DNA of 49,379 nucleotides from Candidatus Bathyarchaeota archaeon (GCA_963833125.1 CAWHWX010000023.1:1-49379); one strand, 5' to 3'. Shown: positions 30,251 through 43,753, counted from the first letter of the stretch. Notes: generated by a model not told the origin, from the sequence alone. Numbers and translations are program-made.

Positions 30251-30823
30251 ATGAGCGGTGTTACGAAAAGATGCGGTTGGGCGAGGAATGACCCCCTGCT
30301 TAAAGAATACCATGACAAGGAGTGGGGCGTCCCTGTACATGACGACTCCAAACTGTTCGAGTTTCTCATTCTTGAAGGTGCACAAGCAGGGCTGAGCTGG
30401 CTTACGATACTTAGGAAACGAGACGCATTCCGGTTAGCCTTCGACGGATTCGATCCAAGAAAAGTCGCTAGATATTCGAGTTCTAATGTCAGGCATCTGC
30501 TAACGAATCCAGGGATTATCCGTAACCGCCTCAAAATAACTGCCACAATAACAAACGCCCGGCAGTTCCTGACCGTACAGAATGAATTCGGAAGCTTCGA
30601 CAATTACGGTTGGAGGTTCGTTGGCGGCAACCCGATTGAACACCGGTTTAGATCATTGTCAGCCATCCCTGCGAAGAGTAGGGAGTCTGACACCATGAGC
30701 TCCGATTTGCAACGACGAGGATTCAAGTTCACTGGCTCAACAATTTGTTACGCGTTCATGCAAGCCGTTGGAATGCTGAACGACCACACTATCAGCTGTT
30801 TCAGGCACAACCAGCTGAATTAG
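30251..30823 (+). CDS. tag: DNA-3-methyladenine glycosylase I
   Basis: RCGW, YHDKEWG, LFEFLILEGAQAGLSW, GIIRNRLKI and AFMQAVGMLNDH. Confidence 0.95.
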   Translation: MSGVTKRCGWARNDPLLKEYHDKEWGVPVHDDSKLFEFLILEGAQAGLSWLTILRKRDAFRLAFDGFDPRKVARYSSSNVRHLLTNPGIIRNRLKITATITNARQFLTVQNEFGSFDNYGWRFVGGNPIEHRFRSLSAIPAKSRESDTMSSDLQRRGFKFTGSTICYAFMQAVGMLNDHTISCFRHNQLN

Positions 30824-30836
30824 ATTAGGTGGAAAG

Positions 30837-31331
30837 TTGTCTGTAGCGCAACTGTTGAATGTCGTGGTTCTTTGGGTGCATTTGTTCAGCGCTGTTCTCT
30901 TCGTAGGAGGTTCGTTCTTCATGTGGTTGGTGATCGTGCCTGTTTCACGTCTCATCACTACGGACGAATCGGAGAGGACGCGAATCGTTGGGAAGATTGC
31001 CCGAGCCTTTGGTAATCTGACTAACCCCCTCATGGTTGTTTTAGTGTTCACGGGGTTGTACAACGCAATATGGTACCTACAATCCGCTAATGCCCTCTTT
31101 GAATACCCTGGGACGCTCCTACTGATGAAAGTAATTCTCGTTTCACTTCTGCTGCTACTCATCTATGTCAATAACCTATACTTCGGAAAGAGAATCATCA
31201 GATTAGCCAAGGAAGCAAAATTGGATGAACTCAAGGCGCTGCGGAAAAGGAGCAGAGTCGTTTCGGCTGCGAACCTGACACTGATGCTTCTGATCCTACT
31301 CCTCTCAACGATGATGCAAATGTCTCCTTAA
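30837..31331 (+). CDS. CopD/DUF4149-like 4-TM membrane protein
   Basis: WVHLFSAVLFVGGSFF, LVFTGLYN and LLMKVILV pattern. Confidence 0.7.
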   Translation: MSVAQLLNVVVLWVHLFSAVLFVGGSFFMWLVIVPVSRLITTDESERTRIVGKIARAFGNLTNPLMVVLVFTGLYNAIWYLQSANALFEYPGTLLLMKVILVSLLLLLIYVNNLYFGKRIIRLAKEAKLDELKALRKRSRVVSAANLTLMLLILLLSTMMQMSP

Positions 31332-31366
31332 AATCAGGAGCACGCAGTCTCACTCTGAACGTATTT

Positions 31367-32566
31367 TTAATGCGCTGTTCCAGCCGACGCTTTCTCATCG
31401 ACGGGCCTGTTATCGTAGAATCTTGTAATTGTGAAAGGTTTTATCACGTCAGGGGCTTCGCCCGTGCGTATTAGTTCGGCGACATTGTTTCCCGCGGCTG
31501 GAGCTGTCTTGAAGCCGTATGTTCCCCAACCGCAATCAAGAATGAATCCTTTGACTTCTGGTGATTCGCACATGATCGGTGAGAAGTCTGGTGTGATGTC
31601 GCAGATCCCTGCCCAGCTTCTAATTATGTTCACGTTCGCCAAACAAGGCACGATTTCCACCACGGCGCTTGCCATCACCTCTAGGGTTGGGAGCGTGGTC
31701 CTGTAACTGTAGGACGTATACGGATCTATTTCCGCTCCCATGACAAATTCACCTCGGTCGGTCTGGTAGAAATATGCAGCCAAGTCACCTGACATGATCA
31801 CGCCCTCCATGATTGGTTTCAGAGGTTCACTGACGCAGGCTTGAAGCGGTACACTTATGATTGGTAACCTTACTCCAACCATTTCAGCGATTGTTGAACA
31901 CCAACCCGCCGTCGCATTCACAACATAATCACAACTGATCTCTTGACCCTTTCGCAGACACGCCAGTTACCTTACCGTCCTTCGTCCTAATCGCATCAAC
32001 TCTCGTGTGCGGGTGGATCTCGACGCCCATTCGGTCTGCGGCGCTTGAATAACCCCAAACTACCGGCGTCATGCCTGATGACGCCGCCACGCGGGTGGTA
32101 AAGAGCTCCAACTATTGGGAACCGTGGTTTGTCGCTCAAGATCAAGGATTGGGAAGAGTTCTCGAAGTCTATTCTTCCCAATCATCATGCTTTCGACGCC
32201 AACGGCTTTGTTCACTTCAGCCCTAAGCCGGAGACGTTCAAGCGAAAAGTCATTGTGCGCTAGAGTTGTCAAGCCAAACTGGTCGATGAGCATGTTGAAG
32301 TTTACTTCTTGTGAAAGCCGTTCCCAGCCTTTCAACGCCTCGTCATAGAAAGCTACGTTCTCTGGGGTGCGCTGGTTTGCCCTAATGATCTGAGTGTTGC
32401 GCCCGCTGTTACCCCCTCCTAGATAGGTTCGGTCAAGTACAGCCACATCGGTTATGCCGCGTTTGGCAAGGTGATAAGCCACTGAGAGACCATGAACGCC
32501 CGCACCAATAATCACTACGTGGTATCGGTTCTTCAGCGGGTTCTTTCTCCACATTTTTTCGGTCAA
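31367..32566 (-). CDS. soxB: Sarcosine oxidase beta-like FAD subunit (frameshifted)
   Basis: MWRKNPLKNRYHVVIIGAGVHGL, GGGNSGRNT, GGVIRHDA.VWGY, PLQACVSEPLKP and CGWGTYGFKTAP, spread over several ORF pieces. Confidence 0.85.
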
Positions 32567-32571
32567 TCAGA

Positions 32572-33295
32572 TCACCCCATTCTCCAGCCGAGCAACTTCA
32601 TCGCGGAAGAACCAACAGGAACGACACCTAACTCCATACCCGCGCCGAACACGGTGTCCCAGATGTACTCGCTGTACGCTCTCTCGAAATAGACCTGATA
32701 TCCTAGCACGTTCCCAAGGTCAAACCTCAGAACGATTGATGGAACGTGACGGATTGGGGAATACGTCGCTGAGAAATTGGGAAAAATCTCGGCATTAACG
32801 TTGAGTTCGGTTAGTTTCCGAAGAAGCGCTCTACTCTTTGGACCTAGAATGTAGGTTCCAGCAAGGACGGATGATACATCGATTGTTGTGACATGATTTG
32901 ACTCGGCGCTAAGTTGCTTGGATGCTGGTTCCTTGTCGGATGGTCCCGCTATCAGCATCGCTTCATCTTCACACAATGCGACGCAGACCGCCTCCTTTAG
33001 GGGTCCGGGTTCGTTAGTTAGCACGGTTCCTCTGGCTTCACGTTCGCTGCGATGGTAAAGCCGCGAGATAATTGTGGTAATGTGGGTGCTCTTCAGGTTG
33101 AGTTTGATCAGGTGGCTTATGTCGCCGACTCCAACGCTTCGTTCTACCGTCTCCTTCTCTACCATTGGATCGGTGAAGCGTTCAGCTAATTCCCATCCAA
33201 ACTGCGTTTTGAGTGAACTTCGCTCCGAGCGAGGCTTGTTTGTGGTGAAAGGGACTCAATCGTTTCGGTATCGTACGTTGATGTGATATAGTCAT
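32572..33295 (-). CDS. Sarcosine oxidase gamma-like / GcvT folate-binding-domain subunit (frameshift near 33200)
   Basis: ATG 33295 overlaps the alpha stop codon. MTISHQRTIPKRLSPFHHKQ, then GWELAERF, VGVGDISHL, ILGPKSRALLRKL and YSEYIWD...G. Confidence 0.75.
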
Positions 33296-36262
33296 TAGCT
33301 CTTCATCCTCCGCCCTTCGGGATCATAGAAGGCCCCCGAAACTATCTCAGCGTCCACGGGATGGCCATCGTGCACGATTGGTATCGTGTTGTGTTCCTTT
33401 GCAGTCTCCGCGGGGACCCACCCTATTCCCACGTATTTCTGGCGCGCATAACTATAGCCTGCAGTCGTAACGCGACCAACAGGTTTCTTGCCGGCCACGA
33501 TTACGTCCCCGTTGCTTACTGCGCCCGTTCCTTTCACTTCGAAGCCAATGATGTGGTGGCGAAGACCTTCACGCTGCGTTTTCAGAAGGTAGTGTTTTCC
33601 AACAAAATCTGGTTTCTCAAACTTTACGGCCCACGCAAGGTCTGTCTCCAATGCGTCGCTCGCTGCGTCCGTATCTAGCGTCGGCCAAATGTGCCGTTTA
33701 TCTAAGCTCAGCAGCCTCATTGCTTCGACTCCAACGGGTCGGATGCCGTAAGTCTCACCTTCCGACAGAAGTTTGTCCCACAGGTATTCTGCGTATTCTG
33801 CGGGAAAATGAATCTCCCATCCGACCTCCCCAACGAATCCGATTCTCAACATGAAGCCTGGGACTCCGGCGACGTTGGCTTTGGAGCACGACATGTAGGG
33901 GGCAGCCTCGTTGGAGAGGTCGATATCGACTAGGTGGGAAAGTAGTTCACGAGCCTTTGGGCCTGCGACATTTATCGCGGCCAGGCCAGACGTCATATTG
34001 GTTACGCTAACATCCAATGAGCCTGTGACCTGCCACCACTTCAACCAGTTCTCGACAAACTCAGTGTTACCTGTGGAGGAGGTGGCGAGATATTCATCCT
34101 CATCTAGACGGACGATGATGCCGTCATCCATGACTTTGCCCGTTTCACTGAGCAGCAACGCATACCTTGCTTTTCCAACTTTCAAATTCGAGTAGATGTG
34201 AGTGTAGACCATCTCCAGCAATTTGCCGGAGTCTGGGCCTTTGATTAGGAACCTTCCGAGCGTGCTGACATCGATTATTCCAACTCGTTCTCTGATCGCC
34301 CTATACTCCTGCTCCACGGAACCGTAAGACCTGGGCCGCTTCCACTCACCCATATCCATTAGCGCCGCGTTCAATGAGGTATGTTTGTGATGTAGAGCAG
34401 TTAGTTTTACGGGCCTGTGAGGGGGGCCGTTTAGGAGGCCCATCGCCAGTGGCTGGTAGGGTGGCCTTGACGTCGTCCTCTTCGTTTCGCTCAGCTTCAA
34501 TCCTATCTTTTCAGCGTGAATCGCGGTGCATGTTAAGCTGCAGAGTTTTCCTTGGCAGGGTCCCATCGTAAAGGTCGTGTAACGTTTCAATGTCTCGATA
34601 TCGTCAAAGCCCTCGTCCATCGCCTGCTTGAGGTCCTTGTCTACCAAGTCCTCGCAAATGCAGACGAACCTCTTCTCTTTCTCGCCAGGGGTTGTGTACA
34701 ATAAACCCGGATGGATGTTGGCCCTGTACTTCGCCGTGAGGGCATTTAATTCGGCTAACCACTGCGACCTCTTTTGTTCGAGTTCAGCGTTTGTCTTGAA
34801 CGAGACAGGCTCAGATCGTTTTTCTTCGTTTCCGAGGTCCGCTGCGGCCTGAAGCCCTGCCAGTCTTCCCTGTAAGATATTGATCTGTAGGTCGTGAATT
34901 GCGGTGACATCGCCGGCAGCATAGATCGTCGGCACCAGATTTGTCGGTGTTGATTCTCCTAACGCCTCGTCAAATGAGCTCTCGCAACCTGCTTGTAGTA
35001 GCAATGCGTTGGCTGGCTCAAATCCTGTTGACAATACAATCAAGTCGCAGGACACGTTCTTCAATGAATCAGGAAGGAGGTCGCCTTTCTGGTTAATCTT
35101 AGCGAGCACTGCGGCCTCGACCGCCCGTTTTCCCTTCGCTTCCAGCAATGTGTAGCCGTCGAGAAGCTCGGCGCCTTCCTTGCTCGCCCTTGCTTTGAGA
35201 GCATCATCCATAACGTTACCATTGGGAGATGCAATTGCGGATATTTTCACTCCGGCGTCCAGTAGGTCAGTTATGATTTCGGAGCCGTATTTGTTGTTTG
35301 TCACAACAAGTGCATTTCCGCCTGGCGTTATTCTTTGTAGATTGATCAGGCGTTGGGCTCCTTCCCTCAAGAAGATGCCAGGTAAGTCGTTGTTAGTGAA
35401 TGCGAAGGGTCTCTCGAAGCATCCGGTGCAGACGATTATTTTCTTAGCCCTAACTCTGATGAGCCTCTTACCTTGCGAGATCCCTACTAGGTTGCCTTCG
35501 TAAATACCGAAGCATGTAGCATTACTCAGTATCTCGATGTTGGGGGCTGATGACTGTGGAATAAGTTTCTTGGCAACTTCGAACCCTGCGACGCCGGAAA
35601 ATTCTGAACTGTCACAGGAACTAACTTTGTATCTTAGCCGACCGCCAAGCTCAGGCTGGTCGTCGACCAGCAGTATCTGAAATCCGGATTTAGAGGCTCT
35701 CCGCGGCAGCGCTTAGGCCGGCTGGACCTCCGCCTATGATTGCAATGTCAACATGCCTGTACTCGTCCTCGTATTCGTTTTCGTTTCGTTGCAGGTTCGG
35801 GTTGACCTTGCCGTACCCAGCTGCTCTTCGGATGACCTTGCGTACGATGGGCCAGAGCCATTTGGGATGAATGAATTTCTTGTAGTAGAATCCTACGGGC
35901 AGCAGGAAACTGAACTTGTCGATTATGGAGCCGAGATCGTGATCGAGTGAAGGCCAAGCGTTTTGCTGTTTGACCTCCATACCATCCGTTGCCAATACCG
36001 TACAGGATTTCACATTGGGTTGGCCATTGACTTCCATGAAACAATTGGGACATCGCCCGGCCACGCAAAATAATCCTCGAGGCCTATGATACTTGAAGCT
36101 TCGACCGAAGATGCTCCTGCCTTCCAAGAGCAGGGCTGATGCAACTGTGTCGCCCTCGTAACACTGGACCTTTCTGCCGTTGTAGTTGAGCGTGATAGAT
36201 TTTGATCGGTTGATTTGTTCCCCAGGTTTCTGAGGTAGCCGAGTTGCTTTCATGTTTTCCAT
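33295..36262 (-). CDS. soxA: Sarcosine oxidase alpha-like subunit with [2Fe-2S], Rossmann, BFD-like and GcvT domains (one frameshift near 35700)
   Basis: GRSFKYHRPRG, GGGPAGL, NNDLPGI, IYAAGD, LKRYTTFTMGPCQGK, RTTSRPPY, IDVSTLG and GFVGEVGWEI. I read the frame as open from 35700 to 33295. Confidence 0.88.
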
Positions 36263-36537
36263 TCCTTTTCTTTGTCGTCGTCAGGGAGAAACGTCTCCAG
36301 CACGGTGTTATCGCTCGTATTACGGCGTACCAGAAACCATCTTTTACATCCGAACCTGTGGTAGCACCATTCCTTCTGGACTCCGTGAATGTTCTTTCGT
36401 CCGTATGCGTAATTGTACCAATCTTGGTCGGATGCATTAACTGAGGGTCGCCTCAATGCCTCGCCGCCGAAAAGGAATTCATACGCGCTTCTTTCGCCGC
36501 AGTTGGGGCATTTGATTATGAGAGACAAGTGACTCAC
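36250..36537 (-). CDS. soxD: Sarcosine oxidase delta-like Zn subunit
   Basis: IKCPNCGER..EF.FGGE, W...Y.RKN..G...EW.H..GC.RWF...RNT. Confidence 0.88.
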   Translation of the reverse strand: MSHLSLIIKCPNCGERSAYEFLFGGEALRRPSVNASDQDWYNYAYGRKNIHGVQKEWCYHRFGCKRWFLVRRNTSDNTVLETFLPDDDKEKEWKT

Positions 36538-36780
36538 TCATTCAGAGACCTACGAAGCGCCGTATTCTGCTCTGATCTAGCTTCGTGGAACAAGGCCTCT
36601 GTTGTTCCTGACTGCTTCCGGATATAGCATTTCTGCTCGTTCAGGAGTATCCCCCTTGAAGATTGTAGCTTCCTCGCAAGCGTAGATCTTATCCGTACGC
36701 TTATTCAGTGGTGGTGGAAGAGGCACTGACGTGCGTCAAACGAAATTATCTCATCGGTTACAGTGGAGTTGTGATTCGAC

Positions 36781-37224
36781 TTGGGAATGAACTTTGAGGG
36801 AACCTTCGAAGTAAAAGCACCTAGGGATAGGGTTTGGGACTTCGTTATCGACCCAAACAAGATTGGCAAATGCCTACCGGACTTGAAAAGTTTGCAGGTT
36901 GAAGCTGACAATAAATTCACGGCGGTCGCCCGGGTGGGGATCGGATTCATGAAAGGCGATTTCAAATTTCAGCTGGCAATCGTGGAACAAAACCCACCTT
37001 CACATGCTCGGCTGAAAGGAACTGGGACCGGAGTCGGCAGTAGCATGAGCATGGATACTGCGATAGACCTAGCAGACGCTGGGACAGGCACGAAACTTAC
37101 GTACAAAGCAGATGTGCAGATCGGCGGAACACTTGCTTCAGTTGGTCAAAGGGTCATCGGCGGAACTATTGAGAAAACAATTGGCGAAGTCTTCAGCTGC
37201 GTGAAGAAGCAAGTGGAAGTTTAG
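36781..37224 (+). CDS. CoxG/SRPBCC-family protein
   Basis: FEGTFEVKAPRDRVWDF..DP..IGKCLP, VGIG, and YKADVQIGGTLASVGQRVI. Confidence 0.88.
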   Translation: MGMNFEGTFEVKAPRDRVWDFVIDPNKIGKCLPDLKSLQVEADNKFTAVARVGIGFMKGDFKFQLAIVEQNPPSHARLKGTGTGVGSSMSMDTAIDLADAGTGTKLTYKADVQIGGTLASVGQRVIGGTIEKTIGEVFSCVKKQVEV

Positions 37225-37258
37225 ACGACTTCAGGGTTCGGCTTTCATTCGATGGTAG

Positions 37259-39707
<2,449 letters not shown>

Positions 39708-39807
39708 CTCTCATCATCCAAAGGGACGTTTGCATGCAGCTGGCTGAAGTAATTCTGCATTGCTGTCGTACCAACGTTTCTTGGGTTTTGAATGAATGGT
39801 ATGAGGG

Positions 39808-40779
39808 CTAGCCGGCTGTGACGAAATATTGTTTCAGTTTTCCGCCCTCTAAGTCCGCAATTGCGCCCATAAGAGTTCCCTCCTCGTAGACGCTGCCTGG
39901 GTTGATGCAGACCGTTTTGCCAATCTTCGCGATTCCTTTGGATTCATGAATGTGCCCATGAAGGCCGAGAAGAGGTTGGACTTTCTCGATCGCTTCCCTC
40001 ACAGCCACACTTCCAACGGCGCTAGTTATTCTGCCGCCTGCCTTCACGTCCAGGTTCGCAGTTAGGGCGGGTGCATCGTCGAGACCTGATTTGGAGGGTG
40101 GGTCATGAAAGTTGAATATGCTCTTGCCGGGGTTCTTCAGCTGATTTGTCATTGCTCCGATCTTCTTCCCTAGCTCTTCCTCAGAACATTCCCGATAGGT
40201 TTTCCAAGGGGTCGGTGTTGACCAACCGGTGCTCAACATTTCGTAGTCTCCCCCAATTTCAAATATCTTCCCTTCGGCGTCTATGACTTTTGTCGATTGT
40301 TGGATTAATGCGTCGATGTCGAACATGTCGTCATTTCCGGGGCAAACGAAGCACTGAGTGTCTGAATTTTTCAGTTTGCTGTCCGCATAATTCATCCACA
40401 TGCTGACTCTTTCGGCCATTAATTTGTTGAAGGTTTCATTGCCCCAAGCAGTTAATCTATCTGGATCCTTGTGGAGGTCGTTGTAATAATCTCGCTCAGC
40501 GCGAATCGGATAGTATCCTTTGTCTGAGATTTTCTTCTCTAGCTTCGCTGTTTCTTCCTCGTTCTTTAGGACCAGATGGTTATCCTGGAAGTCAGCAGTG
40601 TAGGTGTGATTTTTTTCGGCGATTATTGGAATTAAGGCCTTGCCAGTCATATCCCCACCTAGGACTAGCAGGCTGGCCTGATAAAATTCGGAAGCGGCAA
40701 TGAATTTCTTCCAGCATATATCGGACCCATGAACGTCTGTTGCAAAGAAAATTCTGGGCAGGAGCGCCCACCTGCTCAA
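39808..40779 (-). CDS. Icc-related metallophosphoesterase
   Basis: TDVHG, GGDMTG, PGNDD, FHDPP, LHGHIHES and NPGS motifs. Confidence 0.9.
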   Translation of the reverse strand: MSRWALLPRIFFATDVHGSDICWKKFIAASEFYQASLLVLGGDMTGKALIPIIAEKNHTYTADFQDNHLVLKNEEETAKLEKKISDKGYYPIRAERDYYNDLHKDPDRLTAWGNETFNKLMAERVSMWMNYADSKLKNSDTQCFVCPGNDDMFDIDALIQQSTKVIDAEGKIFEIGGDYEMLSTGWSTPTPWKTYRECSEEELGKKIGAMTNQLKNPGKSIFNFHDPPSKSGLDDAPALTANLDVKAGGRITSAVGSVAVREAIEKVQPLLGLHGHIHESKGIAKIGKTVCINPGSVYEEGTLMGAIADLEGGKLKQYFVTAG

Positions 40780-40808
40780 GGGCGTTAGTATTGGATTGGT
40801 TGAAGCGT

Positions 40809-42452
40809 TTACTCTACTGGAATTTGTTGGTATATCTTGCTCATGTCGAAGCCTTGTTTCTTTCTGTAGGCTTTGAACCCGAAGTATAGTACAATTGCGA
40901 TTACGTAGAGGCTTACCATCATATACACCGAATATTGATTGTTAACTCCGTAGAGGGAGTTGGAGCCCCACTCGTAAGTTAACCATCCCATGAAGAATGC
41001 CGTTACGACTCCGGCGATGGTTATGACCGGAATTCCGCCCACTTTGTACTTTGCGATGGGGGATGATTCGTACAGGTCTTTCCTTCTGTAGGGTAAAACG
41101 GCTGCGGTAATTGCGGTGCCCAGGTACATTATTGCAATCACTAAGACCGCGTCTAAAGTGAAGGTTGAGAATGGTGTGCCTCCGATGCTAACGAAAGCGT
41201 AAAGGTAACTGAATATGGCCGTGGGAATTGCCATGGCAATTATCGCGTTGATAGGCGACCTTAGTCTCGCATTAACATCAGCAAATCTGGCGGGGAATAT
41301 TCTGTCGAAGGAAGCAGCGAACATAACACGTGTGGATGTCATGAAGAGGGTGCCCGACCAGCCCCAGTAGAAGCAGCTCAAGGTGAGCAGAAGGAATAGT
41401 TCTACTAGCACATTGTTCGTGAGAATTCCAGCGAATAAACCTGGGCTTGGGAAGATTGGAAACGGCAACGCCGGGGTTGAAGGGTTGTACGCGAAAAGTG
41501 TTCCCCAATAGACATAGTTGGCGGAATTGTAAAAGTTCCAACCAAATGCATTCGCGAAGAGGATGAAACCAACGATAGCGAGAATGGAGGTGAACACAAG
41601 TGAAATTGTTAGAGCCTTAAGATTGCGTTTGAAATCGTTCGAGCCTCGGACCTCGCCGTACAATGTTGCGCCCCATACGGGGTAAAGGTTGAAGAATACG
41701 ATGAACGGGACCAGCCCGAGGCTTGCGCTAAGGTTCCAATCCGTTAATCCTGCTAATCCTGAAAAACCACCCCCCGTAGCGATCGTTTGCATTGTTGTGT
41801 AACTGTCACCCGAGGCACCAAAAATCTGATTCGTCCAAGAATTAAACGCGGACTGAAATGTGGGCTGAGAGGAAGCTGCGAGAATAACATAGGTAACAAT
41901 GAGACCAAGCATGCCGATGTGGAAGCACCATTTCTGGATTCGGGCATAACGTTTCATTCCCAGCGATATGAATATCGAGACAATTATTATCGTCAAAATC
42001 GATGATGCGAATACGCCGGTTGAACTTGACCACCAGAGAGCTGCAGGGACGTTCCCTAATACTGCCGCGATTGGCGTAAACACCAGAATACTGAGTATGA
42101 CGCCGTAGATCGGCCCCCAGAGCCAGAGGATAAACACATACCCAGTAAAGGAAAGTATGAACCCGATACTGCCAGACAAGACACGACTTTGCCAAACATA
42201 GTCGCCACCTGCCCTCGGCATAACGGCGATGAGCAACGTGTAAGCTAGAATCTCGAAGAATATGAAGATCCCACTAACCACTATCGCGGTAATCTGGTTT
42301 CCACCCGGAAGGAAGGCGCCGTATGTAAAGGCGAACCAACCAAGTGAAACGACATTGATTGAAAGTGCTGAATAAACGAATGAATCGTAGATGCTCCATG
42401 CGCGCACTAACCCGGTCGCATCTCTTAGGAAAAGCTTCTTTTGCTCAGTCAA
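40809..42452 (-). CDS. APC-family amino acid/amine permease
   Basis: FLRDATGLVR, MPRAGGDYVW.SR, YGEVR and RVMFAASFDR, with about 12 or more TM helices. Confidence 0.9.
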   Translation of the reverse strand: MTEQKKLFLRDATGLVRAWSIYDSFVYSALSINVVSLGWFAFTYGAFLPGGNQITAIVVSGIFIFFEILAYTLLIAVMPRAGGDYVWQSRVLSGSIGFILSFTGYVFILWLWGPIYGVILSILVFTPIAAVLGNVPAALWWSSSTGVFASSILTIIIVSIFISLGMKRYARIQKWCFHIGMLGLIVTYVILAASSQPTFQSAFNSWTNQIFGASGDSYTTMQTIATGGGFSGLAGLTDWNLSASLGLVPFIVFFNLYPVWGATLYGEVRGSNDFKRNLKALTISLVFTSILAIVGFILFANAFGWNFYNSANYVYWGTLFAYNPSTPALPFPIFPSPGLFAGILTNNVLVELFLLLTLSCFYWGWSGTLFMTSTRVMFAASFDRIFPARFADVNARLRSPINAIIAMAIPTAIFSYLYAFVSIGGTPFSTFTLDAVLVIAIMYLGTAITAAVLPYRRKDLYESSPIAKYKVGGIPVITIAGVVTAFFMGWLTYEWGSNSLYGVNNQYSVYMMVSLYVIAIVLYFGFKAYRKKQGFDMSKIYQQIPVE

Positions 42453-42578
42453 AACTAACCAATTGAGAGGGCTCTTAAGTTGTTTTTAATACTTTGCACA
42501 GGCCAAGAATTCCACGCCCACGTCGAATTAGAATAATTGCGAGGAACTCAGGGCGGCCGTCCCCTGGTTAATAAACCC

Positions 42579-43601
42579 CTAAACCGTGAGGACGATTCTT
42601 ACAGGGTTATCCTGTTTCGAATCAAGCATCTGAAAGCCCCTGTTAACCTCTTCTAGTTTCAGTTTGTGGGTTATAGATTTTGATAAGTCCACTTTCTTGA
42701 GGGCTACTAGTTCAAGGAGCTTTCTCAAGTCATCGCTCGTGTGGTCGGATGAACTCCGTATTTGTGCTTCTAGGAATCTGAAGTCTGCTTCAGGATTGAA
42801 AGTCAAATCCTGAAAGCACATACCGATCGCAACGGCCTTGCCGCCTCTCGACAGGCTTCGAATTGAATCTTTCAGAGTCTTCGCTAATCCAATAAATTCG
42901 AACGCTTCATCTGCGCCACCCCATAGCTCCTTTGCCTTTGCTACGAAATCCTCCTTAGTTGGGTTGACTACGTAATCGGCACCTAGTTCTTTTGCGAGTT
43001 TCAGTTTGCTATCCATGATATCCACGGCCATAATCTGGCCTGCGCCTTGCATTCTTGCGAATTGGATCCCATGCAGCCCAACTCCCCCTAACCCCACAAT
43101 AACGACATGATCCCCTATCCCGATGTCGCCCTGCCCTATTCCATGAAACGCGGTTACGACCCCACAGGAGATTATGGCGCCCTCCTCGAAGCTGACGTTG
43201 TCGGGCAGCGGGATTGCGTTCTTCGCGGGAACGGCGTCATATTCCTGATAGGTTCCTTCTCTCTGGTAACCGATATATTCCAAGTTCGTGCAGAGGTTCT
43301 CGTGTCCGCTGCGGCAAAATCTGCACATACCACAAGTGACGTCATAATCCAACAATACTCGTTGGCCCGGCTTTATCCCCTTGACATTCGAACCAACCTT
43401 CTCCACAACGCCAGCGCCTTCATGCCCCAAGGTTCGCGGGATGACCCCACTCGTGTCACGGCCTTTCCACACGTGGATCTCGGAACCACAAATACCAGCC
43501 GCTTTGATTCGAACGAGAACGTCGTTGTCGCCAATCGTTGGAACAGGAACTTGCTCAAGTCGCAGAGGCTTGTTTGCTTCGTAGAACCTGGCCGCTAGCA
43601 T
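42579..43601 (-). CDS. Zinc-dependent alcohol dehydrogenase (MDR family)
   Basis: GICGSE.H, LGHEGAG, CGMCRFC...ENLC structural Zn and GLGGVG. Confidence 0.93.
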   Translation of the reverse strand: MLAARFYEANKPLRLEQVPVPTIGDNDVLVRIKAAGICGSEIHVWKGRDTSGVIPRTLGHEGAGVVEKVGSNVKGIKPGQRVLLDYDVTCGMCRFCRSGHENLCTNLEYIGYQREGTYQEYDAVPAKNAIPLPDNVSFEEGAIISCGVVTAFHGIGQGDIGIGDHVVIVGLGGVGLHGIQFARMQGAGQIMAVDIMDSKLKLAKELGADYVVNPTKEDFVAKAKELWGGADEAFEFIGLAKTLKDSIRSLSRGGKAVAIGMCFQDLTFNPEADFRFLEAQIRSSSDHTSDDLRKLLELVALKKVDLSKSITHKLKLEEVNRGFQMLDSKQDNPVRIVLTV

Positions 43602-43753
43602 GGTTGATGAGGGCGCAAGATTCGTATTAATGGTTTGTGAAGAATGATCGATTCGTTTGCCAAGTTAACCGAAGAATGTTCTCTCGGAGGATTTATGAGG
43701 GTGAGCCACAGAATTAAATAGAGAAATCATACATCGCTACGCAAGAGCGTTTA

